From contig OZ024742.1 in the NCBI GenBank assembly GCA_964016885.1, forward strand, positions 178,932,001 through 178,996,000: DNA of 64,000 nucleotides, in the 5' to 3' direction. The notes below the pieces were generated by a model. The model saw only the letters and a program-made list of their open reading frames with translations. It had not been told where the DNA came from and searched no databases. The position numbers and the translations under genes are program-made. The DNA comes from Eledone cirrhosa (taxonomy: Eukaryota). Positions 1 to 13,132 of the stretch are shown here, piece after piece (the stretch's first letter is position 1; every line of letters starts with the position of its first letter).

Positions 1-24
1 CTGAGCAAACGGGTGGTATAAACA

Positions 25-272
25 ACAAAACGAGGTGGTATAAACAGTAGAAATATAAATTAGAAAAAAGACACAGAAAATGACACAGTCACCTTACTTT
101 GATATATACCGAAGCACACGGGCAATGAAATGATGGCTAACCGACAAAATATTGTTATTAAGGACATCAAAAGAAGAAATACCTGCTAATTAATGTATCG
201 GTACCAACAGAAAATAATAAAAATGAAGAAATTATAGAAAGTGCAAAGATCTGGAAATAGAGATAACCAGAA
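25..272 (+). mobile_element. Decayed C-terminal restriction-like endonuclease fragment of an R4/Dong-like (RLE) non-LTR retrotransposon
   Basis: Manual translation WYKQ...TENDTVTLL*YIPKHTGNEMMANRQNIVIKDIKRRNTC...CKDLEIEITR resembles the RLE motif LWD..I.TD....NRPDI...D...P....KY.DL..EI; contains stops and frameshifts. Confidence 0.65.
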
Positions 273-779
273 AGGGGAGAAAGGTGGACAGATGGGCAGG
301 TGGGCAGGTGAATTGCTGTAATATTTCTTGGTGAAAGTCGATTATGTCGATCTTTAATAGTTAACTGGTATTTTATTTTAACGATGCCGGAAGGTAAAAA
401 AGCAAAACTGGGCCCAGAACATAAATAAATGCCGCAAAAGATTCTGCCCTAAGCTCTACCGATTCTGCCCTAAGCTCTACCGATTCTGCGTTTGGGAATG
501 ATTAAAAGACATGCAGGCAAATATATAACCAAAACCTTAGGGTTAACGCATATGAGTAACATATTGAAAATAGCACTACTAGGCACTGCACACATATTAC
601 GTAAAGTACTTTCAATACAATAAAAACAACAACCTAAACACACTGCACACGTTCAAGGCTCATATAGCTGCACTCCGTAGTGCTGTGATACCAATAAGAA
701 CAAGTGCAAAAAATACCAACAAAAATATGGCGTATAACATAGCAAACAAAATGTACTCGATTATGTTGAGAAAGAGAAC

Positions 780-1450
780 GATGATGTTGACCCGGACGAC
801 GACGATGATGGTGGCGGTGGTGATGGTGGCGGTGGTGATGGTGGTGGTGGTGATTGTGGTGATGAATGTGGTGGTGATTGTAGTGGTGGTGATTTTGGTG
901 GTGGTGATTGTGGTGATGAATGTGGTGGTGATGGTGGTGATGATTGTGGTGGTGATGGTGGTGATGATTGTGGTGGTGATGGTGGTGGTGATGGTGGTGA
1001 TGATTGTGGTGGTGATGGTGGTGATTGTGGTGATGGTGGTGATGGTGGTGGTGATGGTGATGGTGATGGCGGCGGTGGTGATGATGGTGGTGGTGATGGT
1101 GGTGGTGGTGGTGCTGGTGGTTTTGATGGTGGTGGTGATGGCGGTGGTGATGGACGTGGCGATGGTGGTGGTGATGATGGTGGTGATGGTGGTGGTGGTG
1201 ATGGTGGCGGTGGTGATGGTGGTGGTGATGGTGGCGGTGGTGATGGTGGTGGTGATGATGGTGGTGGTGATAGTGGTAATGGTGATGGTGGTGGTAGTGA
1301 TGGTGGTTTTGATGGCAGTGGTGATTGTGGTGGTGGAGATGGTGGTGATGGTGATGGTGTTTGGTAGTGATGGTGGTGAAGATGTTAGTGCTAATGGTGA
1401 TTGTGATGATGATGATGAAGATGAGAAGGAGGCGGAGGAGGAGGGGAGAC
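780..1450. repeat. Compound (GTG/ATG)n trinucleotide satellite
   Basis: Continuous gtg/atg triplets; source of the Val/Met and Thr/Ile ORFs. Confidence 0.95.
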
Positions 1451-1587
1451 AGTGGAGGAGGAGGGGAACATGGGTATCATAATGAGGCTGATGATGATGA
1501 CCATAGTTACAATGATGTCGAAGATGAAGAAGGAAATTAAATAAAGTGAACTTCAAGAACAAGAACGACTATATAGGTAACAACACA

Positions 1588-1611
1588 GGAGGAGGAGGAG
1601 GAGGTGAAGAA

Positions 1612-1646
<35 letters not shown>

Positions 1647-1793
1647 AGAAGAAGAAGAAGAAGAAGAAGAAGAAGAAAATATAAAAGGACAACAACAACA
1701 ACAATAATTATAATAATTGTTTCAAATTTTGGCAAGTATTGCACTTGTATTTTATTGTATCGACCTTGGTAGGATGAATGGCAAAGTTGACCC

Positions 1794-1841
<48 letters not shown>

Positions 1842-1920
1842 AACAACAGCAACAACAACAACAACAATAACAACAATATTCATAATATTAATACAATAAT
1901 GATAATGATGATAATGATAA
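1588..1920. repeat. (GAG)n/(GAA)n/(ACA)n/(ATA)n microsatellites with an embedded SINE fragment (~1715-1793)
   Basis: Direct reading; ttttattgtatcgacc...ggatgaatggcaaagttgacc matches the SINE at 2694. Confidence 0.85.
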
Positions 1921-1930
1921 TAAAAACTTG

Positions 1931-2640
1931 TATGAACATAAACTACAACCAATAACTGAAACTGAAGGAGTAACAATCCTTTGGGACTTTACCATTCACA
2001 TTATATTATTATTAAAGATTTTAAAAAGAAGCCCTGCTTACTCATTAACATGACTGTACCGTCTGCTAGAGTAATAACAATTTGCAAAATATAAAGATCT
2101 AGAAATTGAGATAAACAGAATGTAGAACCTTAAAACATAAACTATTTTGGTAATGATAGGAGCACAAGGTGTCATAAAAAAAAGGTGTTCAAAGGTTTCT
2201 AGAAAATATATCTGGTAAACCTAGCATCTATGAAATCGAAAGGTTAACAAGTACCACCCACATACTTCATAAATGTTTGTCTTTGCAATATATGTCAACA
2301 CACAGTCAATACATAAATTTTTCTGCTTGATTTTTATTATTCTGTTTATCCTTAATGCAAAATTAAGTCATACCTTTTATAGTACTTAATACTTCTTTTT
2401 ATCTCCCCATCTTCCTACCTTTCTATAGATATTTTCTTATTTTTAAAAAATTTAATTTACCTATCAACTTTTGTGATGTGACTTGAGTACAGTAGTACTC
2501 AAGTCACATCACAGTGAATGTGAGTACGGTACATTAACAAACATGGGAAAAAGTTATCGAAAACTGTCAAAACCAACGATGCCTGCCCTAAGTATCTGGT
2601 TCATACCTGGTAGGCATTGCATATAGAACGAAATCAAAGT
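1931..2640 (+). mobile_element. 5'-truncated 3' end of an R4/Dong-like RLE retrotransposon (endonuclease remnant plus 3'UTR with hairpins)
   Basis: YEHKLQPITETEGVTILWDFTIH..IIIKDFKKKPCLLINMTVPSAR..FAKYKDLEIEINRM*NLKT*TILVMIGAQGVIKK; hairpins at ~2472-2513 and ~2579-2617; flanked on both sides by TAA-type repeats. Confidence 0.8.
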
Positions 2641-2693
2641 AAAATATAATAAAAATAATAATAATAACAATAACAACAACAACAATAACAATA

Positions 2694-3240
2694 ATTGTTT
2701 CTACGTTAGGCACAAGGCCAGCAATTACCCAGTGTATTACTGGTACTTTACTTTATCGACCCCGTAAGGATGAAAGGCAAAGTTAACCTCGGCGGGATTT
2801 GAACTCAGAATGGCAAGGGCCGTAACTCTATGCGTCAAAGCACGGCGTCCGACCCTCTACCGATACTGCCAATCCACCGCCCTCACAACGATAACAATAA
2901 TAATAATTGTTTGTACTTTTGGCACAAGGCTAGCAATTTGAAGGGGACGGGGAAAATCGATTAAATCGACACCAGTGCATTACTGGTGCTTTATTTTATC
3001 GACCCCCGTAAGGATGAAAGGCAAAGCTAACCTCGGCGGGATTTGAACAGTACTAAAGTTAATAACAACAACAACAACAAGACCACTTAAAGAATAAGTG
3101 AAAAAAAAAAGGAATAAAACAACAATATACAAGGAGTAAAGACAGAAAGAAAAAAAGAAATGCGAATATACGGTAGAGAAGTAATAATTTTTTTTTCTAC
3201 TTTTGGCACAAGGCCAGCAATTACCCAGTGTATTACTGGT
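2694..3240 (-). mobile_element. Cluster of tRNA-derived SINE copies (full 2694-2873; partial 2904-3048 and ~3190-3240), intronic
   Basis: Minus strand has A box TGGCAGTATCGG and B box GAGTTCAAATCC; near-identical to copies at 14154, 41731, 53277 and 59118. Confidence 0.9.
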
Positions 3241-3269
3241 AGAGAAGTAATAATAAATGTGTAACTTAC

Positions 3270-3874
3270 GCATACAATCCTGGTGGAAGTGAAACACATG
3301 AGGAGGTATAAAGTAATGAGGATGTCGTGTTGGGAAGACAGGTCGTGGAGCTAATATATTGTCAATGGTAAAGTTAGCTGCCGGTGGACCGACATTGGCA
3401 CCCGGGACGGCTATCGCATGCGCCGCCGCCGCCGCCGCCGCCGTCGTTCCAGCAGATGCAGCTGCCGCCGCTGCTGCAGCGGCCGCGGCAGCTGCAGCAG
3501 CTTGTCTGTATTGATAGGCGTCTGTGGTAGAATGAGCAGAACTGGAATTCGAACCGCCGATACCGGCCGGCGGGCTGTTGATCCCGGGACCGCAACAGAA
3601 TGGCATATACTGCATCATGATAAAGCCAGCGGCGTTGTTGCTATTGTTGTTGATATGGCTGTTGTTGTTGTTGTTTTTGTTGAATATTTTGTTGATGCTG
3701 TTGATGTTATGGTTAATGGTATGGTTGTTCTTGGTGTTAGTGATGTTTTTATGGTTATCTTTGTTGTTATGGTTGTTGTTGTTGTTGTTGTTGTTGGAAT
3801 TTGTTTGAGATTTTTTCCTGGTAATATCAGTCTGATGATGTTGTTGTTGCTGTTGTTGTTGTTGTTGTTGTTGC

Positions 3875-3914
<40 letters not shown>

Positions 3915-3981
3915 CTTGATGTTCTTGATGACGATGGCTTTGTTGATGATATTGATGATGTCTCTGCTGAAGTGTTGATTT

Positions 3982-4013
<32 letters not shown>

Positions 4014-4117
4014 CCTGCTCACGGGTGGTAGGATGTGTGTGGTCGTGTCGATGACGATGATGAAGATAATGATGATTGTGATGATTATGTTGATGACGGA
4101 AATGATTATGATGATTA

Positions 4118-4156
<39 letters not shown>

Positions 4157-4731
4157 AGTTGTTGTTGGTTATAGTAAACTGTACTGGATTTGACAGCACC
4201 TCCACCAGCCCCACCACTACTGCCGCCGCCCCCAACTCTACTACCACTACTACTATTACTACTACTACTACCACCACCACCACCACCACCACCACCACTA
4301 AAGCAACAATTGCCACCACTATTACTACAACCACTACAGCTACTGTTATTACTATTACTACCACTACCACTGTTATTACTGCTGTTGCTGCTAGTACTAC
4401 TACTAACACTACCAACACTGCTCACACTATTGCTACTACGCCTACTTCCACCATTACTACCGATGCCACCACCACCACCACCACCGCCACCGCCGCCACC
4501 ACCACCACCACCACCACCACCACCACCACCACAACCAGCGCTACTGCTACTACTAATACTAATACTACCACCACCACCACCAGTACCACAGATATTGCCC
4601 CCTCCTCCTACAACTGCTCCTCTTTCTCCGCCTCCTCGTCCTCCTCCTCCGCCGCCGCCGCTGTTCCCTAGATACCAAGGCAACCGGTGTAGAGCGAACC
4701 CCAGAGTTGCCTCCGTCCCTACTTCCTTCAT
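3270..4731 (-). CDS. gsc: First coding exon of an eh1-containing homeobox transcription factor, most likely goosecoid; alternative start at 3618 (MMQYMPF)
   Basis: ORF 2980..4788(-) has non-repetitive protein-like sequence; eh1 FTIDNIL at 3372-3352 followed by APRP, like vertebrate Gsc MFSIDNILAARP; poly-Ala upstream; consensus donor C|GTAAGT at 3270/3269, after which the ORF runs into SINE sequence. The homeodomain is not in the window, so gene identity is tentative. Confidence 0.7.
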
Positions 4732-5055
4732 ATAAAAGGTGTTGGCTGCTGTGTTTGAAGCAACAAAGACACACACAAACACGTCCACAACCGCTACACC
4801 ACCACCACCAACTGTTTCTCCTCCTACTTTTACCTTAATCGTCTTTTTCTTCTCCTTTCTTTCCTTCCTTTTCTTCTTTTAGCGTTAGAATTGTTTTTCG
4901 TATTGTTTTCTTATCACTTTTCTCTCACCTTTCATTTCATGTCATTTCCTACCTGATACTCTCTAGACTTCTCTATCTTTTCTACTTCTAACGCTTTCCC
5001 TCCCTATCTCCTTCCCTCCCTTTTACTCTTTTCCTCTCATTCCTTCACCCTATCG

Positions 5056-5102
<47 letters not shown>

Positions 5103-5220
5103 CATATGTCTACCTGTCTCTGTCTCTCTCTGTACACACATATATATATATATATATATACATATACATACGAATAAATAAATATATATATATATATGTA
5201 AATATATATATATATATATA

Positions 5221-5256
<36 letters not shown>

Positions 5257-5570
5257 TGTGTGTGTGTGTGTGTGCCCGTATCTACCTATCCATCTATCTA
5301 TCTGACTGTCCACATGTATATATGAATATGTACGCATACATGAATATAAATATATAAGTATGTACCCATATGTGTGTGTTCATGAGTTCGTGTGTGAATG
5401 TATCTGTCTCTCAATGTATCTGTCAATTAGTATTTTCTTCACTCTCTATCTCGCTTTATACACTCCTACATATGTAACATATATTCCTAATATAGGCCTA
5501 ATATTGTCCTAATGCAGTCGTTTACTCTCCCTACAACCCACTCTGCTTCCTCCTCTCACGTCCATTTAAC

Positions 5571-5717
5571 AACTGATTCACACATCTGTCTGTATTAAAC
5601 TGCTAAGAATCTATATAAATTTCCTTATCTGAATTGGTGGGAGTGGGAAGAAGATGTTTAATGTCTCCCTTCACCTTTCGAATGGCTGACGTCACATGCA
5701 AAATGAGCCACGTGACA
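5571..5717 (-). promoter_or_regulatory. Candidate proximal promoter of the eh1/homeobox gene
   Basis: Unique-sequence island with E-box GTCACGTGG (CACGTG 5709-5714), CRE TGACGTCA (5687-5694), CCAAT (5637-5633), TATA-like TTTATATAG (5619-5611) and Inr-like TCAGTT (5576-5571), in the right order on the minus strand; TATA-Inr spacing is longer than canonical. Confidence 0.5.
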
Positions 5718-6254
5718 ATTCGGTCATTTTTATTTGAATTTACTTACTATATTTAGTTGTTTTATTTGTTATAAATCGGTTTCTTTCCAATTTAGAATAA
5801 AACCACTGTGTGTATGTGTTTTATTTTCTAATAAAGAAAATATATGTATTACTTAAGTTATAAGAGAAGATACAGCTTAATCATTTTTATGATAATCCAC
5901 CTGACACCAGACCAGGTACCAAGATACAACACACATTTGTTTGATTGAAGCGCTAATATTTATCTAAAAACCTTCCATCAAAATTATGTTCCAAAACGAA
6001 CAGCTTAATAATGAGAAAGAGAGTTATATGACTAAATCCTTCCAAATTTTTGATTATTTTCAAAATTAATTGGTGGTGATTGTGGTAGAGGGACAATTGT
6101 TGTTGTTGCTCTTGCCGTGGATCTTTCTGTTGTTAGTGTTTTTCATGAGAAGTATGGAATCAAAAGTGTTAAATAAAACTAAAACAGCTCTAAAATGGTA
6201 TCGAAGCCGAGTCACGATCACGGCTTACAGAAAAATTCTACAACCGTTCAGAAA

Positions 6255-6314
<60 letters not shown>

Positions 6315-7129
6315 TTATCCGCTTGGTATGGACGGAGATAATATTATTACACGGTTATTGTTATCAAAATTTAACAATAGCATTGAAAATTAATATAAAT
6401 ACTACGGCTACCATTACCGCTACCACCAAATACCAATAATAATGATAATGATAATGATTTGATTTATTAGCCACAAGGGCTGACATGTAGGGGACAATAA
6501 ATGATAATAAAAGACAAAGGGAGAGGAGCGAGATTAAAGTGACGGCGGTCAAAAGTTATATTTTTTCTTCTAAATGTGCTGCCGAGCTTCCACCACCCTT
6601 TAACAAATCAACAAGAAAAAGAAAGGTAACGGTGATTGTGATGATAATGGTGGTAATGGTGACGGTAGTGATAATGATGGTGAGGGATGCTGATGGTAAT
6701 GGTGATATGTGAAGGGTTTGTCTTGTCACGGTTGGTTAAGTGGATATCGATGTAGCAGTAAGAATCAAATCAGATTATTCTTGTAGTAATGGCTGCTATT
6801 TATTTATTTTTTGTTTTTTGTTATGATGCTATTGATGTTGTTGATATTATTGTTGTTGCTATTCTTGTTGTTGCTGGTTGGGTTGATGGTATTGAGGATT
6901 GTAGTAATGGCAGTTATTATTACTGTTGCTGTTGTGGTTCTTTTTGTTGTTGTTGTTATTGTTATTGTTATTGTTATTATGTTTATTATTGCTATTGTTA
7001 TTGCGGTTGTTGTTGCCTTTATTGTTTTTGTTATTGGTTGTAGTGGTGGTGATTGTAGTAGAGGTACAGTTATTACTGTTGCTGTTGTAGTAGATATTTT
7101 GTTGTTAGTGTCAATGGTAATGTTAATTT

Positions 7130-10100
7130 GGTGGCGTTGCTGGAGTTGATAATGTTGGTGGTGTTGATAATGTTGTTGGTGTTGGTCGTGTTGTTGGTGT
7201 TGATAATGCTGTTGGTGTTGATAGTGTTGTTGGTGTTGGTAGTGTTGTTGGCGTTGGTAGTGTTGTGGGTGTTGGTAGTGCTGTTGGTGTTGATAGTGTT
7301 GTTGGTGTTGATAATGTTGTTGGTGTTGGTAGTGTTGTTGGTGTTGGTAGTGTTGTTGGTGTTGATAGTGTTGTTGGTGTTGGTAGTGTTGTTGGTGTTG
7401 ATAGTGTTGTTGGTGTTGGTAGTGTTGTTGGTGTTGATAGTGTTGTTGGTGTTGATAATGTTGTTGGTGTTGGTAGTGTTGTTGGTGTTGGTAGTGTTGT
7501 TGGTGTTGATAGTGTTGTTGGTGTTGATAGTGTTGTTGGTGTTGATAGTGTTGTTGGTGTTGATAGTGTTGTTGGTGTTGGTAGTGTTGTTGGTGTTGAT
7601 AGTGTTGTTGGTGTTGATAGTGTTGTTGGTGTTGATAGTGTTGTTGGTGTTGATAGTGTTGTTGGTGTTGATAGTGTTGTTGGTATTGGTAGTGTTGTTG
7701 GTGTTGATAATGTTTTTGGTGTTGATAGTGTTGTTGGTGTTGGTAGTGCTGTTGGTGTTGATAATGTTGTTGGTGTTGATAATGTTGTCGGTGTTGGTAG
7801 TGTTGCTGGTGTTGATAATGTTTTTGGTGTTGATAGTGTTGTTGGTGTTGGTAGTGCTGTTGGTGTTGATAATGTTGTTGGTGTTGATAATGTTGTTGGT
7901 GTTGGTAGTGTTGTTGGTGTTGATAATGTTTTTGGTGTTGATAGTGTTGTTGGTGTTGATAGTGTTGTTGGTGTTGATAGTGTTGTTGGTGTTGATAATG
8001 TTGTCGGTGTTGGTAGTGTTGCTGGTGTTGATAATGTTGTTGGTGTTGGTAGTGTTGTTGGTGTTGATAGTGTTGTTGGTGTTCGTGGTGTTGTTGGTGT
8101 TGATAGTGTTGTTGGTGTTGGTGGTGTTGTTGGTGTTGATAATGTTGTTGGTGTTGATAATGTTGTTGGTGTTGAAAGTGTTGTTGGTGTTGGTAGTGTT
8201 GTTGGTGTTGGTGGCGTTGTTGGTGTTGATAGTGTTGTTGGTATTGGTAGTGTTGTTGGTGTTGATAATGTTTTTGGTGTTGATAGTGTTGTTGGTGTTG
8301 GTAGTGCTGTTGGTGTTGATAATGTTGTTGGTGTTGATAATGTTGTTGGTGTTGGTAGTGTTATTGGTGTTGATAATGGTTTTGGTGTTGATAGTGTTGT
8401 TGGTGTTGATAATGTTTTTGGTGTTGATAGTGTTGTTGGTGTTGATAGTGTTGTTGGTGTTGATAGTGTTGTTGGTGTTGATAGTGTTCTTGGTGTTGAT
8501 AGTGTTGTTGGTGTTGATAATGTTGTTGGTGTTGGTAGTGTTGTTGGTGTTGATAATGTTGTTGGCGTTGGTAGTGTTGTTGGTGTTGATAATGTTGTTG
8601 GCGTTGGTAGTGTTGTTGGTGTTGGTAGTGTTGTTGGTGTTGATAATGTTGTTGGTGTTGATAGTGTTGTTGGTGTTGGTAGTGCTGTTGGTGTTGATAG
8701 TGTTGTTGGTGTTGATAATGCTGTTGGTGTTGGTAGTGTTGTTGGTGTTGATAATACTGTTGGTGTTGGTAGTGTTGTTGGTGTTGGTAGTGCTGTTGGT
8801 GTTGATAGTGTTGTTGGTGTTGATAATGCTGTTGGTGTTGATAATGCTGTTGGTGTTGATAGTGTTGTTGGTGTTGATAATGCTGTTGGTGTTGATAGTG
8901 TTGTTGGTGTTGATAATGTTGTTGGTGTTGATAATGTTGTTGGTGTTGATAATGCTGTTGGTTTTGGTAGTGTTGTTTGTGTTGGTAGTGTTGTTGGTGT
9001 TGATAGTGTTGTTGGTGTTGATAGTGTTGTTGGTGTTGGTAGTGTTGTTGGTGTTGATAATGCTGTTGGTGTTGATAATGCTGTTGGTGTTGGTAGTGTT
9101 GTTGGTGTTGATAATGTTGTTGGTGTTGATAATGCTGTTGGTTTTGGTAGTGTTGTTGGTGTTGAAAGTGTTGTTGGTGTTGATAGTGTTGATGGTGTTG
9201 AAAGTGTTGTTGGTGTTGGTAGTGTTGTTGGTGTTGATAATGCTGTTGGTGTTGATAATGCTGTTGGTGTTGGTAGTGTTGTTGGTGTTGATAATGTTGT
9301 TGGTGTTGGTAGTGTTGTTGGTGTTGAAAGTGTTGTTGGTGTTGATAGTGTTGATGGTGTTGAAAGTGTTGTTGGTGTTGGTAGTGTTGTTGGTGTTGAT
9401 AATGCTGTTGGTGTTGGTAGTGTTGTTGGTGTTGATAATGTTGTTGGTGTTGGTAGTGTTGTTGGTGTTGATAATGCTGTTGGTGTTGATAATGTTGTTG
9501 GTGTTGATAGTGTTGTTGGTGTTGATAATGTTGTTGGTGTTGATAATGCTGTTGGTGTTGAAAGTGTTGTTGGTGTTGGTAGTGTTGTTGGTGTTGATAG
9601 TGTTGTTGGTGTTGGTAGTGTTGTTGGTGTTGATAGTGTTGTTGGTGTTGGTAGTGTTGTTGGTGTTGATAATGTTGTTGGTGTTGGTAGTGTTGTTGGT
9701 GTTGGTAGTGTTGTTGGTGTTGATAATGCTGTTGGTGTTGGTAGTGTTGTTGGTTTTGGTAGTGTTGTTGGTGTTGGTAGTGTTGTTGGTGTTGGTAGTG
9801 TTGTTGGTGTTGATAGTGTTGTTGGTGTTGGTAGTGTTGTTGGTGTTGATAATGTTGTTGGTGTTGATAGTGTTGTTGGTGTTGGTAGTGTTGTTGGTGT
9901 TGATAATGCTGTTGGTGTTGGTAGTGTTGTTGGTGTTGATAATGTTGTTGGTGTTGGTAGTGTTGTTGGTGTTGATAATGCTGTTGGTGTTGATAATGTT
10001 GTTGGTGTTGATAGTGTTGTTGGTGTTGATAATGTTGTTGGTGTTGATAATGCTGTTGGTGTTGAAAGTGTTGTTGGTGTTGGTAGTGTTGTTGGTGTTG

Positions 10101-12390
10101 ATAGTGTTGTTGGTGTTGGTAGTGTTGTTGGTGTTGATAGTGTTGTTGGTGTTGGTAGTGTTGTTGGTGTTGGTAGTGTTGTTGGTGTTGATAATGTTGT
10201 TGGTGTTGGTAGTGTTGTTGGTGTTGGTAGTGTTGTTGGTGTTGATAATGCTGTTGGTGTTGGTAGTGTTGTTGGTGTTGGTAGTGTTGTTGGTGTTGGT
10301 AGTGTTGTTGGTGTTGGTAGTGTTGTTGGTGTTGATAGTGTTGTTGGTGTTGGTAGTGTTGTTGGTGTTGATAATGTTGTTGGTGTTGATAGTGTTGTTG
10401 GTGTTGGTAGTGTTGTTTGTGTTGGTAGTGTTGTTGGTGTTGGTAGTGTTGTTGGTGTTGGTAGTGTTGTTGGTGTTGATAGTGTTGTTGGTGTTGGTGG
10501 TGTTGTTGGTGTTGATAGTGTTGTTGGTGTTGGTAGTGTTGTTGGTGTTGGTAGTGTTGTTGGTGTTGATAGTGTTGTTGGTGTTGGTAGTGTTGTTGGT
10601 GTTGATAATGTTGTTGGTGTTGGTAGTGTTGTTGGTGTTGATAATGTTGTTGGTGTTGGTAGTGTTGTTGGTGTTGATAATGTTGTTGGTGTTGGTAGTG
10701 TTGTTGGTATTGGTAGTGCTGTTGGTGTTGATAGTGTTGTTGGTGTTGGTAGTGTTGTTGGTGTTGGTAGTGTTGTTGGTGTTGGTAGTGTTGTTGGTGT
10801 TGGTAGTGTTGTTGGTGTTGGTAGTGTTGTTGGTGTTGGTAGTGTTGTTGGTGTTGGTAGTGTTGTTGGTGTTGGTAGTGTTGTTGGTGTTGGTAGTGTT
10901 GTTGGTGTTGGTAGTGTTGTTGGTGTTGGTAGTGTTGTTGGTGTTGATAGTGTTGTTGGTGTTGGTAGTGTTGTTGGTGTTGGTAGTGTTGTTGGTGTTG
11001 GTAGTGTTGTTGGTGTTGGTAGTGTTGTTGGTGTTGGTAGTGTTGTTGGTGTTGGTAGTGTTCTTGGTGTTGGTAGTGTTGTTGGTGTTGGTAGTGTTGT
11101 TGGTGTTGATAGTGTTGTTGGTGTTGGTAGTGTTGTTGGTGTTGATAATGTTGTTGGTGTTGATAATGTTGTTGGTGTTGGTAGTGTTGTTGGTGTTGGT
11201 AGTGTTGTCGGTGTTGGTAGTGTTGTCGGTGTTGGTAGTGTTGTTGGTGTTGATAATGTTGTTGGTGTTGGTAGTGTTGTTGGTGTTGGTAGTGTTGTCG
11301 GTGTTGGTAGTGTTGTTGGTGTTGATAATGTTGTTGGTGTTGGTAGTGTTGTTGGTGTTGGTAGTGTTGTTGGTGTTGGTAGTGTTGTTGGTGTTGGTAG
11401 TGTTGTTGGTGTTGGTAGTGCTATTGGTGTTGGTAGTGTTGTTGGTGTTGGTAGTGTTGTTGGTGTTGGTAGTGTTGTTGGTGTTGATAATGTTGTTGGT
11501 GTTGGTAGTGTTGTTGGTGTTGGTAGTGTTGTTGGTGTCGGTAGTGTTGTTGGTGTTGGTAGTGTTGTTGGTGTTGGTAGTGTTTTTGTTGTTGGTAGTG
11601 TTATTGGTGTTGGTAGTGTTGTTGGTGTTGGTAGTGTTGTTGGTGTTGGTAGTGTTGTTGGTGTTGGTAGTGTTGTTGGTGTTGGTAGTGTTTTTGTTGT
11701 TGGTAGTGCTATTGGTGTTGGTAGTGTTGTTGGTGTTGGTAGTGTTGTTGGTGTTGGTAGTGTTGTTGGTGTTGGTAGTGTTGTTGGTGTTGGTAGTGTT
11801 TTTATTGTTGGTAGTGCTATTGGTGTTGGTAGTGTTGTTGGTGTTGATAGAGTTGTTGGTGTTGGTAGTGCTGTTGGTCTTGGTAGTGTTGTTGGTGTTG
11901 ATAGTGTTGTTGGTGTTGATAGTGCTGTTGGTGATGGTAGTGTTGTTGGTGTTGATAGTGTTGTTTGTGTTGGTAGTGTTGTTGGTGTTGGTCGTGTTGT
12001 TGGTGTTGGTCGTGTTGTTCGTGTTGGTAGTGTTGTTGGTGTTGGTAGTTCTATTGATTTTGGTAGTGTTGTTGGTGCTGGTAGTGTTGTTGGTGTTGAT
12101 AGTGTTGTTGGTGTTGGTAGTGTTGTTGGAGCTTTTGGTTTTGGTAGTGTTTTTGGACTTGATAATGTTGTTGCCACTGATAATGTTGGTGAGGGTAGTG
12201 TTGTTGGACTCTATAATGCTGTTGGCACTGATAATGTTAGTGCTGTTGATGTTGATAGTGCTGTTGGTGTTATTGGCTTTGGTAGTGTTATTGGACTTGA
12301 TAATGTTGTTGGTGTTGATAATGTTGTTGATGTTGATAGTGTTGTTGGAGAGTATATTGGTGATATTGGTGTTGATAATGTTGTTCACCT
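7130..12390. repeat. ~5.3-kb minisatellite, 18-bp unit GTTGRTARTGTTGTTGGT (~290 copies)
   Basis: Strict 18-bp periodicity; degenerate toward the right end. Confidence 0.97.
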
Positions 12391-12783
12391 CTACTGTAAA
12401 TATAATGAACTGAGTGTGACATTTGGAAAGGTTGTCTTTTTTCTCTTTTCTTTCTGTATTTCTTTCCTTTTATTTCTTCTAGCTCTGTATTATAACAAAG
12501 TAGTGAAAAAAATGATGAAGAAGAAGAAGAAATAGGAGGAGAAGGAGAACAAAATGGAAAGAGAGTGGGAAAGGAAAATTTGGTCAATTATCTCCACTTT
12601 GTGGAACTACAAAATCTGACTATAATCAAGATATGCTTACAGCGATCAATCAAATGAAAATGGATTTTCTCTGTTTCATTTCATATGCATACACACTTAC
12701 ACCCATACATACATATAACATTTATACACGTATGTGTGTATATGTATCTTTGTGAATGCATGTGTATATGCGTATGTCTGTCC

Positions 12784-13132
<349 letters not shown>

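Noticed and set aside
440-489. 21-bp tandem repeat gattctgccctaagctctacc
   Set aside because: Local slippage duplication inside a decayed SINE head
660-1562. Possible second exon of the homeobox gene
   Set aside because: Trinucleotide satellite with no homeodomain sequence
2980-3269. C-terminal part of the 602-aa ORF
   Set aside because: Lies beyond the GTAAGT donor and consists of SINE and intron sequence
7073-12535. Four 1700-aa ORFs (mucin-like PTT, NT-rich, VL-rich, GVDS-rich)
   Set aside because: All come from an 18-bp repeat that lacks stops in several frames on both strands; no signal peptide, unique domain or splice context
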